Part shown: piece by piece, positions 41,704 to 50,467 of the stretch
How the letters are laid out: every line of letters begins with the position of its first letter
How positions within the stretch are numbered: the first letter of the stretch is position 1
Assembly (NCBI GenBank): GCA_043824255.1
Contig: JBDRTG010000027.1
Location: 89,670-153,669 of the forward strand
From: a bacterium
Lineage (GTDB): Bacteria > JAHJDO01
Direction: 5' to 3'
Length of the DNA: 64,000 nt
The notes under the pieces: generated by a model
The model's database searches: none
What the model was told of the DNA's origin: nothing
The model's input: only the letters and a program-made list of their open reading frames with translations
Made by a program: the position numbers and the translations under genes

Positions 41704-43161
41704 ATGAATAAGTTTAAAGAAATTAATAAACTTCTCTTATCTACTGCATTAGTGATAATCGTCGCAATAAACAGTGTAAGCCTATTTGCAGACACGATAT
41801 TTCTAATACATGGAGATACCGTTAAAGGCATAGTAACAGAGCAATATGAAGACAGGGTGATTATTAGAGTTCCCGGTGGAGAAATAGGGATATATAGAAA
41901 CAGAATATTACGTATTAAATTTGATGAATCTGAGCAGAATTACTTGCAGCTGGGAGATAAATACCTGGAGAAGAAACAATTTGATAAGGCATTGCAATTA
42001 TATAAAAGGGCAATAAAAACAAATCCTAACTTTCAGCAAGCAAAAGATGCATTATTAAGGTTAAAGGACGTAAAAAAAGCACATATAATGGAGAAACAGA
42101 AGAAAGAAGAATTATTAAGAAAAACAAGAGAAGAGTCGGAAATTACATTGGAAAATATGCTGGGGATAAAAATAGATAATGAAAATAAAATGGAAATCTA
42201 TCCTAACAGTCCAGCAGCAAAAAAGGGAATTCAGGCAGGCGATAAATTAATATCAATATATAACCAGTTAGTGAGATACATGTCTTTATTGAATGTGCAA
42301 AAATACTTAATAGGCTCTGGAACAGGGGAAGTAAAGCTCACAATCGAAAGACACATAAGGATAACCGAATCTGATAGATTGGGGATAAGGATAGACATTA
42401 AACAAACAGGGTTAACTATAACAGAAGTAGTGAAGAATAGCTTGGCGGAGAGAGTAGGGCTGAAAGCCGGGGATAATATAATAGTGATAAATGGGAAAAA
42501 CACAAGATATATGAACATGAAGCAGGTAATAAAAAATCTAAAACAGCGATCTGCAGGGCAACTAAGTTTAGTAATGAGAAGGGATATTGTCTTAAATAGA
42601 ATACATGTTGAAAAAACCAATGTTTCTGTTCAAACAGAAACGTTACAAACAAAAAAGAAACAAGAAGGATATTTAGGATTGAGATTAGAGGGCAATAGCA
42701 CAAAAATCACTTCAGTAGTCAAGAATTCTCCTGCGGAGAAATCCGGATTGAGAAAAGGTGCTCAAATAATAAAGATAGCTAGAAAAAGCGTTAAAAATAT
42801 GAGCTACGACAGTTTTATCAACAAGTTGAAAGGACCAGCAGGAGAAGAAGTAGAATTGACAGTGGAAAGAGATATACCAATAAAAATGTTAAAAATTCCA
42901 GGTACAGAGAAAAAAGGGCTGGGAATAAAAATAAAGGAAATTCCAGAAGGAATAACAATAACCCATGTGACAGAAGGCAGCGCTGCGGATATAGCAGGGC
43001 TGAAAGTGGGCGATATAATAACAGCAATAGATAAGAAATCTCTGAAAGGCATGAGCATGTCAGATGTAATAAAAACGCTGAAAGAGAAAAAGGATGTTGA
43101 ATTTACTATAATGGTAAGAAAAGAAATTAAAATTAGGAGGGGTAAGTATAATGGAAAATAA
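41704..43161 (+). CDS. Exported TPR plus four-PDZ-domain protein
   Basis: Signal/TM segment, TPR (LGDKYL...ALQLYKRAIKTNPNF), four copies of (N/G)S.A...G(L/I)..G..I..I; no protease motif seen. Confidence 0.75.
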   Translation: MNKFKEINKLLLSTALVIIVAINSVSLFADTIFLIHGDTVKGIVTEQYEDRVIIRVPGGEIGIYRNRILRIKFDESEQNYLQLGDKYLEKKQFDKALQLYKRAIKTNPNFQQAKDALLRLKDVKKAHIMEKQKKEELLRKTREESEITLENMLGIKIDNENKMEIYPNSPAAKKGIQAGDKLISIYNQLVRYMSLLNVQKYLIGSGTGEVKLTIERHIRITESDRLGIRIDIKQTGLTITEVVKNSLAERVGLKAGDNIIVINGKNTRYMNMKQVIKNLKQRSAGQLSLVMRRDIVLNRIHVEKTNVSVQTETLQTKKKQEGYLGLRLEGNSTKITSVVKNSPAEKSGLRKGAQIIKIARKSVKNMSYDSFINKLKGPAGEEVELTVERDIPIKMLKIPGTEKKGLGIKIKEIPEGITITHVTEGSAADIAGLKVGDIITAIDKKSLKGMSMSDVIKTLKEKKDVEFTIMVRKEIKIRRGKYNGK

Positions 43162-43714
43162 GAAGAAGTTCAGATGGCATTATTTGGTGGACAAGAAATT
43201 TCAGATGAAGTACGCAGTAGTAACATTAATATTTATGTTCATTATAAGTGCGGTGTGTGGATATACAGTATATCATACACTCTGGACACAGTTAGGAGAA
43301 AAACTAGCACAGGTATATCCTCAAGCAAGGTTAGTAAGCATATTAAATGTAGTGAAAATAAAATTGGCAATGCAACTGATATTACTTGTTCCTGTAGTAG
43401 TTTTGGCTTCTGTTTTTTTATCACACAGAGTAGTAGGACCTGTTTCTAAGATAAGAAAACATATGAAGAAATTAATTGAAAAAGATTTCAGCAAAGAAAT
43501 TCATCTACGAAAAACAGATGAGTTTCGTGACATTGCAGAGTTAATAAATAAATCTATAGATTCAATAAAACAAAATTTAATGAAGACTAAGGAATCTGTA
43601 GATAAAATAAAGTCGTTATCGAAAAACGCAGCGCTTCAGGAGAGTGAGAGAGAAGCCTTGCAGCAGGAAATAGAATCTCTGGATAATATACTCTCAGAGT
43701 TTAAAATAGTGTAA
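43151..43714 (+). CDS. Two-TM membrane protein with HAMP domain
   Basis: YLVDKKFQ.KY, two TM helices, SHRVVGPV..I...LRKTDEFRDIA. Confidence 0.75.
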   Translation: MENKKKFRWHYLVDKKFQMKYAVVTLIFMFIISAVCGYTVYHTLWTQLGEKLAQVYPQARLVSILNVVKIKLAMQLILLVPVVVLASVFLSHRVVGPVSKIRKHMKKLIEKDFSKEIHLRKTDEFRDIAELINKSIDSIKQNLMKTKESVDKIKSLSKNAALQESEREALQQEIESLDNILSEFKIV

Positions 43715-43730
43715 TTATTCAGTCAAGTCC

Positions 43731-43808
43731 GTCGTTGCGAGGAGGTCCAAAAGCTCTTCTTGGACAACGAAAGAATATCTGAGATTGATTCACTTCGTTC
43801 GCAATGAC
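43731..43808. repeat. REP-like stem-loop element (GTCATTGCGA...TCGCAATGAC type)
   Basis: Terminal inverted repeat GTCGTTGCGA / TCGCAATGAC, internal GTCCAA/TTGGAC hairpin. Confidence 0.7.
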
Positions 43809-43833
43809 ACGGCGTTTGCTAAGAGGAGTAGGA

Positions 43834-44355
43834 GTGGTTGATAATAATAAAATAAAAAAGATAAAGCTGCTTATTCTTGATGTGGATGGGGTCTTGACAG
43901 ATGGGCGGATTATATGGACTAGTTCAGCTGAAGAGATGAAGTTTTTTAATGTACAGGATGGTGTTGGAATAGTTTTAGCTCAAAGAGGAGGCTTAAAGGT
44001 AGCAATAATATCTGCGCGAAAGTCTAAAGTAACTGAGATCCGTGCAAAAGAGCTGAAGATAACGGATTGTTATCAAGTTGTTGAAAATAAGCTTATTACA
44101 TATAAAGAGCTTATAGATAAATATGGATTGGCTGATGAAGAAGTTGCTTATATAGGTGATGATCTGCATGATGTCCCTGTTCTCAGGAGGGTGGGCTTTG
44201 CAGTGGCCACAGCAAATGCTCAAGAGGAAGCAAAACAAGTTTCACACTATGTAACTGGGAAGAATGGCGGCGAAGGAGCTGTACGCGAAGTTATCAACAT
44301 GATCCTTAAAGCAAAGGGATTATGGGATAAAGCAGTGGAAAAATATTACATATAA
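43834..44355 (+). CDS. kdsC: 3-deoxy-D-manno-octulosonate 8-phosphate phosphatase
   Basis: LLILDVDGVLTDG, FNVQDG.GI, AYIGDDLHD, GGEGAVRE; start GTG 43834 after AGAGGA. Confidence 0.92.
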   Translation: MVDNNKIKKIKLLILDVDGVLTDGRIIWTSSAEEMKFFNVQDGVGIVLAQRGGLKVAIISARKSKVTEIRAKELKITDCYQVVENKLITYKELIDKYGLADEEVAYIGDDLHDVPVLRRVGFAVATANAQEEAKQVSHYVTGKNGGEGAVREVINMILKAKGLWDKAVEKYYI

Positions 44356-44367
44356 GGAGAATAAAGG

Positions 44368-45237
44368 GTGAAACTAAAACTTGGATTACCAAAAGGGAGT
44401 CTTCAGGAAGCAACTGCCAGAATATTTAAAAAAGCTGGATTTAATATATCAACTTCTGAACGTTCTTACTTTCCAATAGTTGATGATAACGAGATTGAGG
44501 CCATCCTTATCAGAGCGCAGGAAATGGCAAGATATGTATATGATGGGGTTCTGGATTGCGGTCTGACAGGGAAGGATTGGATAATGGAAAATGGCGTTCA
44601 GGTTGTTGAAGTAGCAGATCTTATATATGCAAAAAGTGGGATGAAACCAGTTAGGTGGGTTTTAGGAGTTAATAATAATTCAGAAATAAAGACAGTTAAG
44701 GATCTGGAAGGAAAGAGAATTGCAACAGAACTTGTAAATGTTACAAAGAAATATCTTAAATCACAAGGTGTGCAAGCAGAAGTAGAATTTTCATGGGGTG
44801 CAACTGAAGCAAAAGTTCCTGACTTGGTAGATGCGATTGTTGAGCTTACTGAAACAGGCTCATCTTTACGGGCAAATAACATTCGGATAATAGATGAGAT
44901 TATGACTTCAACAACTAAACTTATTGCAAATAAGGGTGCATGGAAAAACACGTGGAAAAAGAAAAAGATCCAGAATCTTGCAATGCTTCTCACAGGCGCG
45001 CTAAACGCTGAAGAAAAGGTTGGTCTTAAAATGAATGTTGCTCAGAAAGATTTAAAGAATATCATAAAAATACTGCCTGCAGTAAAGACTCCTACAATAT
45101 CACAATTAGTTGGGGAAAAATGGGTGGCACTGGAAGTAGTAATAGATGAAGATATAGTTAGAAATATTATCCCTAAGTTAAAGGAAGCCGGCGCGCAGGG
45201 CATTATAGAGTATCCGCTTAACAAAGTAATCTACTAA
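44368..45237 (+). CDS. hisG: ATP phosphoribosyltransferase (long form)
   Basis: [39 protein letters not shown]-terminal regulatory domain. Confidence 0.96.
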   Translation: MKLKLGLPKGSLQEATARIFKKAGFNISTSERSYFPIVDDNEIEAILIRAQEMARYVYDGVLDCGLTGKDWIMENGVQVVEVADLIYAKSGMKPVRWVLGVNNNSEIKTVKDLEGKRIATELVNVTKKYLKSQGVQAEVEFSWGATEAKVPDLVDAIVELTETGSSLRANNIRIIDEIMTSTTKLIANKGAWKNTWKKKKIQNLAMLLTGALNAEEKVGLKMNVAQKDLKNIIKILPAVKTPTISQLVGEKWVALEVVIDEDIVRNIIPKLKEAGAQGIIEYPLNKVIY

Positions 45238-45241
45238 ATAA

Positions 45242-45323
45242 AAAAGGCATACAGGGACAAAGTGACAAGGATACATAGTGAAAGAATCCGTGGTCTCTGT
45301 GCCTTTGTGCCTCTGTGCCTTTT
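45242..45323. repeat. Degenerate 8-nt tandem-repeat inverted element overlapping the start of the TPR lipoprotein gene
   Basis: AAAAGGCATACAGGGACAAAGTGACAAGG versus CTCTGTGCCTTTGTGCCTCTGTGCCTTTT (reverse complement AAAAGGCACAGAGGCACAAAGGCACAGAG). Confidence 0.6.
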
Positions 45324-46179
45324 CTTAATATCTTTATCGGGTTGTGCAATACTTACACATAACAGAGACATATCTCCTCATGATTCTAGTGCCTATGCGC
45401 ATTATTGTATGGGCACTATATACGAGAATAAAAGGGAGATTGATAAGGCTATAGCTGAATATGAGGGCGCAATACAGGCAGACAGGACAGCAATAAGGCC
45501 AAGATACAGCTTGTCTAAACTCTACGTTAGAAAGGGATTCATTGAACAGGCTCTAGAGCAATATAGAATATTATCTAAGTTGGATCCGAAGAATACAAGA
45601 CTCAGTACAGTTCTTGGCGCTTTGTATTTACATCAAGGACTTACATACAGTAAAACAGGAGATTATGAACATGCTGTTGGATCCTATAAAAAGTTATTAA
45701 AAATATTCAGATCTGATTTAAGTTATTATTATCTTGGGGTTGCCTACGAGCGCATGGGAAAAATATATCATGCAGACAGGCAGTTTAACCGCGCTATAAA
45801 ATTAAATCCAGATTATGCGGAAGCTTATAATTATTTAGGATATATGTATATAGATAAGGGGAAGAAACTTGATAAATCTATAAAATTAATTAAGAAGGCT
45901 CTTGAAATTGAGCCGGAGAACGGCTACTTTGTTGACAGCTTAGGGTGGGGATATTACAAAAGAGGAATGCTTGAGGCAGCAATGTTACAGCTTGAAAGAG
46001 CTGTGGAGCTTACCAAAGCAGAAGGAGATGATCCCGTAATAAGAGATCATCTTGGGGACGTATATTTTCAAAAAAAGATGTATAATAAAGCTATTGAGCA
46101 GTGGAAAAAAGCAGTAGAATTGGGCGCAGAAGATAAGAAAATAATTGAAGAGAAAATAAAAAATGCAGGAGGGAACTAA
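45262..46179 (+). CDS. TPR-repeat lipoprotein
   Basis: Lipobox LSGC, multiple TPRs (AEAYNYLGY, DSLGWGYY, DHLGDVY). Confidence 0.85.
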   Translation: MTRIHSERIRGLCAFVPLCLFLISLSGCAILTHNRDISPHDSSAYAHYCMGTIYENKREIDKAIAEYEGAIQADRTAIRPRYSLSKLYVRKGFIEQALEQYRILSKLDPKNTRLSTVLGALYLHQGLTYSKTGDYEHAVGSYKKLLKIFRSDLSYYYLGVAYERMGKIYHADRQFNRAIKLNPDYAEAYNYLGYMYIDKGKKLDKSIKLIKKALEIEPENGYFVDSLGWGYYKRGMLEAAMLQLERAVELTKAEGDDPVIRDHLGDVYFQKKMYNKAIEQWKKAVELGAEDKKIIEEKIKNAGGN

Positions 46180-46180
46180 T

Positions 46181-47005
46181 ATGGACATTAGATTTAATTA
46201 TGAACCAAAGTCTGGTTATACAAAAATATTGTTTCCTGACGGAGAAATGTTGAATTATATTGAGTTCGGAATTATAAAACTTTCTCCAGGAGAACAGTAT
46301 TCAGAAGACACAGAGGATGATGAGGTTGTCCTGGTTATTCTCAAGGGTAAGTGTGTGATCAGTACAAACATTATAAAGTGGGGGCCGATAGGTGGGAGAA
46401 AGGATGTATTTAGTGGTAAGGCTTATGCTACGTATATACCAAGACAGAACAGATATGATATTACTGCAACAAGTGATTTAGAAGTGGCTGTATGCAAAGG
46501 AAGAACTGATTTTGCCGGGGAACCTATTGTTATAACTCCTGATAAAGTAAAAGTTCGATCTGTTGGAAATGGGATCTGGACAAGAAATGTATACGATATT
46601 ATTGATGAAAGAACCCCTGCAGGGTGTCTTCTTGTTGGTGAGACAATAAATCCTCCTGGCAATTGGTCATCATTTCCTCCGCATAAACACGATATTGAAA
46701 ATCCACCAGAAGAAACAAAATTAGAAGAGGTATACTTTTTTAAAATTCAGCCTGAAGAGGGATTTGGTATGCAAAGGCTATATACTGACCCTGGCTTGGA
46801 TGATGAGGGTTTTGATGAGGCACTAGTTTTGAAAAACAACACTGTGACTGTTATGCCTAGAGGATATCATCCTGTCTGTGCCGCGCCAGGATATTCAGTT
46901 TATTACCTCTGGATACTTGCAGGGAAAAATAGAAAACTCATTCCCAAAGAAGACCCTCAACATTCGTGGATTGGGAAGAAAGATAATTTAGAAGGAGAAC
47001 TTTAG
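46181..47005 (+). CDS. iolB: 5-deoxy-glucuronate isomerase (IolB/KduI cupin family)
   Basis: GGRKDVF, GNWSSFPPHKHD, LEEVYFF, GFGMQRLY, PRGYHPV.AAPGY..YYLW. Confidence 0.88.
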   Translation: MDIRFNYEPKSGYTKILFPDGEMLNYIEFGIIKLSPGEQYSEDTEDDEVVLVILKGKCVISTNIIKWGPIGGRKDVFSGKAYATYIPRQNRYDITATSDLEVAVCKGRTDFAGEPIVITPDKVKVRSVGNGIWTRNVYDIIDERTPAGCLLVGETINPPGNWSSFPPHKHDIENPPEETKLEEVYFFKIQPEEGFGMQRLYTDPGLDDEGFDEALVLKNNTVTVMPRGYHPVCAAPGYSVYYLWILAGKNRKLIPKEDPQHSWIGKKDNLEGEL

Positions 47006-47008
47006 GAT

Positions 47009-48298
47009 ATGTCTAAACTCAAAAATGTCATTATTGCTCAATCCGGTGGGCCATCCCCAGTAATTAATAATTCTCTCAGGGGAGTTATTGAGACATGTAA
47101 GATGTTTCCCGAGAAGTTCGGCAGAATATACGCCGGATACCATGGAATAGAGGGGATTCTTAAGGAGGAATTGTTGGATTTGAGTGCTCAGAGTGAAGAG
47201 GAAATATCTCTTTTAAGGACAACTCCAGCTGCTGGAGCAATAGGAACATGCCGCTATAAATTAAAACAAGAACAAGTTACGGATTTTAATCGTGTTATAG
47301 AGGTTTTCAAAGCTCATAATATTGGCTATTTCTTTTACATTGGCGGCAATGATTCAATGGATACAGCCAACAAAATTAGCGTGCTTGCAAAGGATAAGGG
47401 GCTGGATTTAATTTCCGTAGGTGTGCCGAAAACAATAGATAATGATGTTGGAGATGAAGAATTCAAGCTTATAGATCACACTCCGGGATATGGCAGTGTA
47501 GCAAGATACTGGGCGTATTGCATCCAGAATGCAAATGAAGAGAATGCTGGTTCTTCTCCTGCAGATCCTGTTACGGTGATTCAGGCTATGGGAAGGAAGA
47601 TAGGTTTTATTCCAGCAGCAGCGCGTCTTGCAGATCCTGAAAGAGAGATGCCGTTACAGATATATCTTGCTGAGACTGAGCTTTCGATAGAAGATCTTGC
47701 AGATAATGTGAATGAAGGGTTGAAACGATCAGGCAGAGTTATTGTAGTGATAAGTGAGGGATTTCAGGTTGGAGATATTGGAGAAGCAAAGGATGCTTTC
47801 GGACATACTGAGTTTGGGGCAAGTCGAGGTACTGTTAAGCAGACGGTTGTGAATTACTTAAATAAAGTTGGGCTTAAAGCAAGAGGCCTTGCAAGAGGCT
47901 TTATTCCTGGAACTGACCAGCGTGATACGGCAATTTATGCCTCTACAGTGGATTTGGACGAAGCTTATAAAGTTGGCCAGAAAGCGGTTCTGATAGCTTA
48001 TGAAGGAACTAATGGTTTTATGTCTACAATTCTCAGAAAACCAGGGGCAATTTATAGTGTTGAATATGACAAGGTTTCTCTTGAGAAAGTTGCAAATTCT
48101 GAGAGAAAGTTTCCTTCAAACTGGATAGCAAAGAATAGGATTGATGTAACTGACGAATTCATAAAATATGCAAGACCGCTCATTGGAGAGGATTGGGTGA
48201 GTGTGCCAATACTTAATGGTATACAACGGTTTGCTAGAATTAAACCTGTATTTGCGGGAAAGAAATGCACTGAATACATTCCTCAGGCATACAAATAA
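47009..48298 (+). CDS. pfp: Phosphofructokinase family, probably PPi-dependent
   Basis: AQSGGPSPVIN, IGGNDSMDT (Asp at the PPi-specific position), PKTIDND, MGR; PPi preference is an inference. Confidence 0.82.
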   Translation: MSKLKNVIIAQSGGPSPVINNSLRGVIETCKMFPEKFGRIYAGYHGIEGILKEELLDLSAQSEEEISLLRTTPAAGAIGTCRYKLKQEQVTDFNRVIEVFKAHNIGYFFYIGGNDSMDTANKISVLAKDKGLDLISVGVPKTIDNDVGDEEFKLIDHTPGYGSVARYWAYCIQNANEENAGSSPADPVTVIQAMGRKIGFIPAAARLADPEREMPLQIYLAETELSIEDLADNVNEGLKRSGRVIVVISEGFQVGDIGEAKDAFGHTEFGASRGTVKQTVVNYLNKVGLKARGLARGFIPGTDQRDTAIYASTVDLDEAYKVGQKAVLIAYEGTNGFMSTILRKPGAIYSVEYDKVSLEKVANSERKFPSNWIAKNRIDVTDEFIKYARPLIGEDWVSVPILNGIQRFARIKPVFAGKKCTEYIPQAYK

Positions 48299-48376
48299 AA
48301 ATTCTGAATTTTTAGTTTTTAATTTTAAATTAATTAATAATTGTAACTATAGATTGCAGAGAGAGGAGGATGTTTT

Positions 48377-49261
48377 ATGCAGGATGCGGCAAAAGAATTA
48401 ATGGAATTCAAACCCCAAAAAGAATTTTTTGTAGGTATTGATTCTGACGGGTGTGCGTTTGACACTATGGAAGTAAAGCATAAAGAATGTTTTATTCCTA
48501 ATATTATCAATGAGTGGGAGCTTCAGGCAGTATCAAAGTATGCAAGAGAAGCTGCGGAATTTGTAAACCTTTATTCAAAGTGGCGCGGAATAAACAGGTT
48601 TCCTGCTCTTACAATGGTTTTTGATCTTCTTAAAGAAAGAGGAGACGTAAAGAAACGTGGCGTTAATATACCTGAAGCAAAATCTCTGCGTGAATGGATT
48701 GAGAAAGAGACGAAGCTCGGGAACCCTGCTTTAGAACGAGCTGTCCATGAAACAAATGACCCTGTGTTAACTCAGGCTTTAAAATGGTCTAAGGCTGTTA
48801 ATGAAACGGTAGCAAAGATAGTTCGTGGGGTACCTCCGTTTCCTTTCGTCATGGAAAGTCTTGAGAAGATTTTCAATACAGTAGATACAATTGTTGTGTC
48901 TGCAACTCCGTGTGAAGCTCTCAAAAGAGAGTGGGATGAACATGATATTGCTAAATACGTTAAGGTAATTGCAGGCCAGGAGATGGGAACGAAAAAAGAA
49001 CATCTGGCATTTGCTGCTGTAGACAACTATAAACCGGATCATATTCTAATGATAGGGGATGCTCCAGGAGATATGAAAGCAGCACGCGTTAACAATGCCC
49101 TGTTTTATCCCGTTAATCCTGGAGATGAGGATATATCATGGGAAAGATTTCACAATGAAGCCTTTGATAAATTTATAAATGGAACATATGCTGGGGATTA
49201 TGAAAAGTCTCTGATTGATGAATTTGATAAGTATCTGCCCAGCATCCCACCATGGAAATAA
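48377..49261 (+). CDS. HAD-superfamily hydrolase (probable sugar-phosphate phosphatase)
   Basis: Motif I GIDSDG, motif II VVSAT, Lys (GTKKEH), motif IV IGDAPGD. Confidence 0.85.
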   Translation: MQDAAKELMEFKPQKEFFVGIDSDGCAFDTMEVKHKECFIPNIINEWELQAVSKYAREAAEFVNLYSKWRGINRFPALTMVFDLLKERGDVKKRGVNIPEAKSLREWIEKETKLGNPALERAVHETNDPVLTQALKWSKAVNETVAKIVRGVPPFPFVMESLEKIFNTVDTIVVSATPCEALKREWDEHDIAKYVKVIAGQEMGTKKEHLAFAAVDNYKPDHILMIGDAPGDMKAARVNNALFYPVNPGDEDISWERFHNEAFDKFINGTYAGDYEKSLIDEFDKYLPSIPPWK

Positions 49262-49263
49262 AA

Positions 49264-49291
49264 GAAGGGGCACGGCGTGCCGTGCCCGTAC
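49264..49291. repeat. REP-like GC hairpin (GTAGGGGCACGGC...GCCGTGCCCCTAC type)
   Basis: GGGCACGGC-GT-GCCGTGCCC (49268-49287) followed by GTAC, between HAD stop and pdxB start. Confidence 0.7.
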
Positions 49292-49294
49292 GTT

Positions 49295-50452
49295 ATGAAA
49301 ATAGTTGTTGATGAGAATATTCCATTTGGCAGAGAGGCTTTTTCTACTTTGGGAGAAGTTGAGACTTCTCATGGAAGAGAGATAGCTCCTAAAAAGTTAG
49401 AGAATGCTGATGTTTTGATTGTCCGCTCTATCACAAAGGTTAATTCTGAACTTTTAGAAAGAAGCCAGGTTAAGTTTGTTGGAACAGCTACGATAGGGCT
49501 TGATCATATTGATGTTAAATATTTGAATGATAGAAATATCGGGTTTGCAAGCGCGTCCGGCTCTAATTCTAATTCCGTTTCAGAGTATATAGCCTGTGCA
49601 TTATTATACACAGTAAACAAGTTGTGTCTCAATCTTCGCGATTTGACAATTGGGGTTGTGGGAGTTGGTAGTGTTGGCAGTAAAGTTGCAAAGAAAGCTA
49701 ATGCTCTGGGAATGAAAGTACTTCTTAACGACCCTCCTCTTTCTGATAGAACAGGAGATATAAAATATCGTCCAATACAAGAATTGATGGCAAATTGTGA
49801 TATATTGACCTTTCATGTTCCTCTTGAAAGACAGGGCAAGTATCCTACGTATCATATGATAGATGAAAAGTTTCTGAGATGTTTAAAGAAATGTCCTGTA
49901 ATTGTAAATACCTCTCGTGGTGGGATTATGGATACAAAGGCTGTTAAGAGCGCTCTGATGCATTGCAGAATATCGCAGGTTATTTTGGATGTGTGGGAGA
50001 ACGAGCCGGATATTGATACAGGGATGCTTAAAATGTCATTGGTTGGGACTCCTCATATTGCAGGTTATTCCTTTGACGGCAAGGTCAATGGGACATTTAT
50101 GATATATAATAGTTTGTGTCAATATTTAAATAAGAAAGCGAAATGGAATCCTAATGACTTTTTGCCGGATAGCAATTGTCCTGTTATTAAAGTTGGTGAA
50201 ATGAATAATGGTTCATTAGAAAAAAAATTACACGAAGTTATTTCTCAAGTGTATGATATTGAAAAAGATGATTCAAAACTTAGGGAAATTGCAGCTATAA
50301 CTGCTGAAAAACAAGGTATGTATTTTGATTCTTTGAGAAAAAATTATCCTGTGAGAAGAGAATTTTTTAATACAGAGATTTTGTTTGAAAAAGAAGATTC
50401 GCAATTAGCGAATATCTTATCAGAGATTGGTTTTAAAGTAGATAAAATATAA
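49295..50452 (+). CDS. pdxB: Erythronate-4-phosphate dehydrogenase
   Basis: MKIVVDENIP, VRSITKV, GTATIG.DH, VNTSRG, LDVWENEP, TPHIAGYSFDGK, FDSLRKNYP.RRE. Confidence 0.92.
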   Translation: MKIVVDENIPFGREAFSTLGEVETSHGREIAPKKLENADVLIVRSITKVNSELLERSQVKFVGTATIGLDHIDVKYLNDRNIGFASASGSNSNSVSEYIACALLYTVNKLCLNLRDLTIGVVGVGSVGSKVAKKANALGMKVLLNDPPLSDRTGDIKYRPIQELMANCDILTFHVPLERQGKYPTYHMIDEKFLRCLKKCPVIVNTSRGGIMDTKAVKSALMHCRISQVILDVWENEPDIDTGMLKMSLVGTPHIAGYSFDGKVNGTFMIYNSLCQYLNKKAKWNPNDFLPDSNCPVIKVGEMNNGSLEKKLHEVISQVYDIEKDDSKLREIAAITAEKQGMYFDSLRKNYPVRREFFNTEILFEKEDSQLANILSEIGFKVDKI

Positions 50453-50467
50453 GAGGAGACATTAAAG

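Noticed and set aside
41546..43808. Integrative island at tRNA-Lys
   Set aside because: No integrase and no direct repeat of the tRNA 3' end seen
48299..48345. AT-rich 7-mer-like run (AATTTTT/AGTTTTT/AATTTTA) between pfk and HAD
   Set aside because: Too degenerate to separate from low-complexity AT-rich spacer
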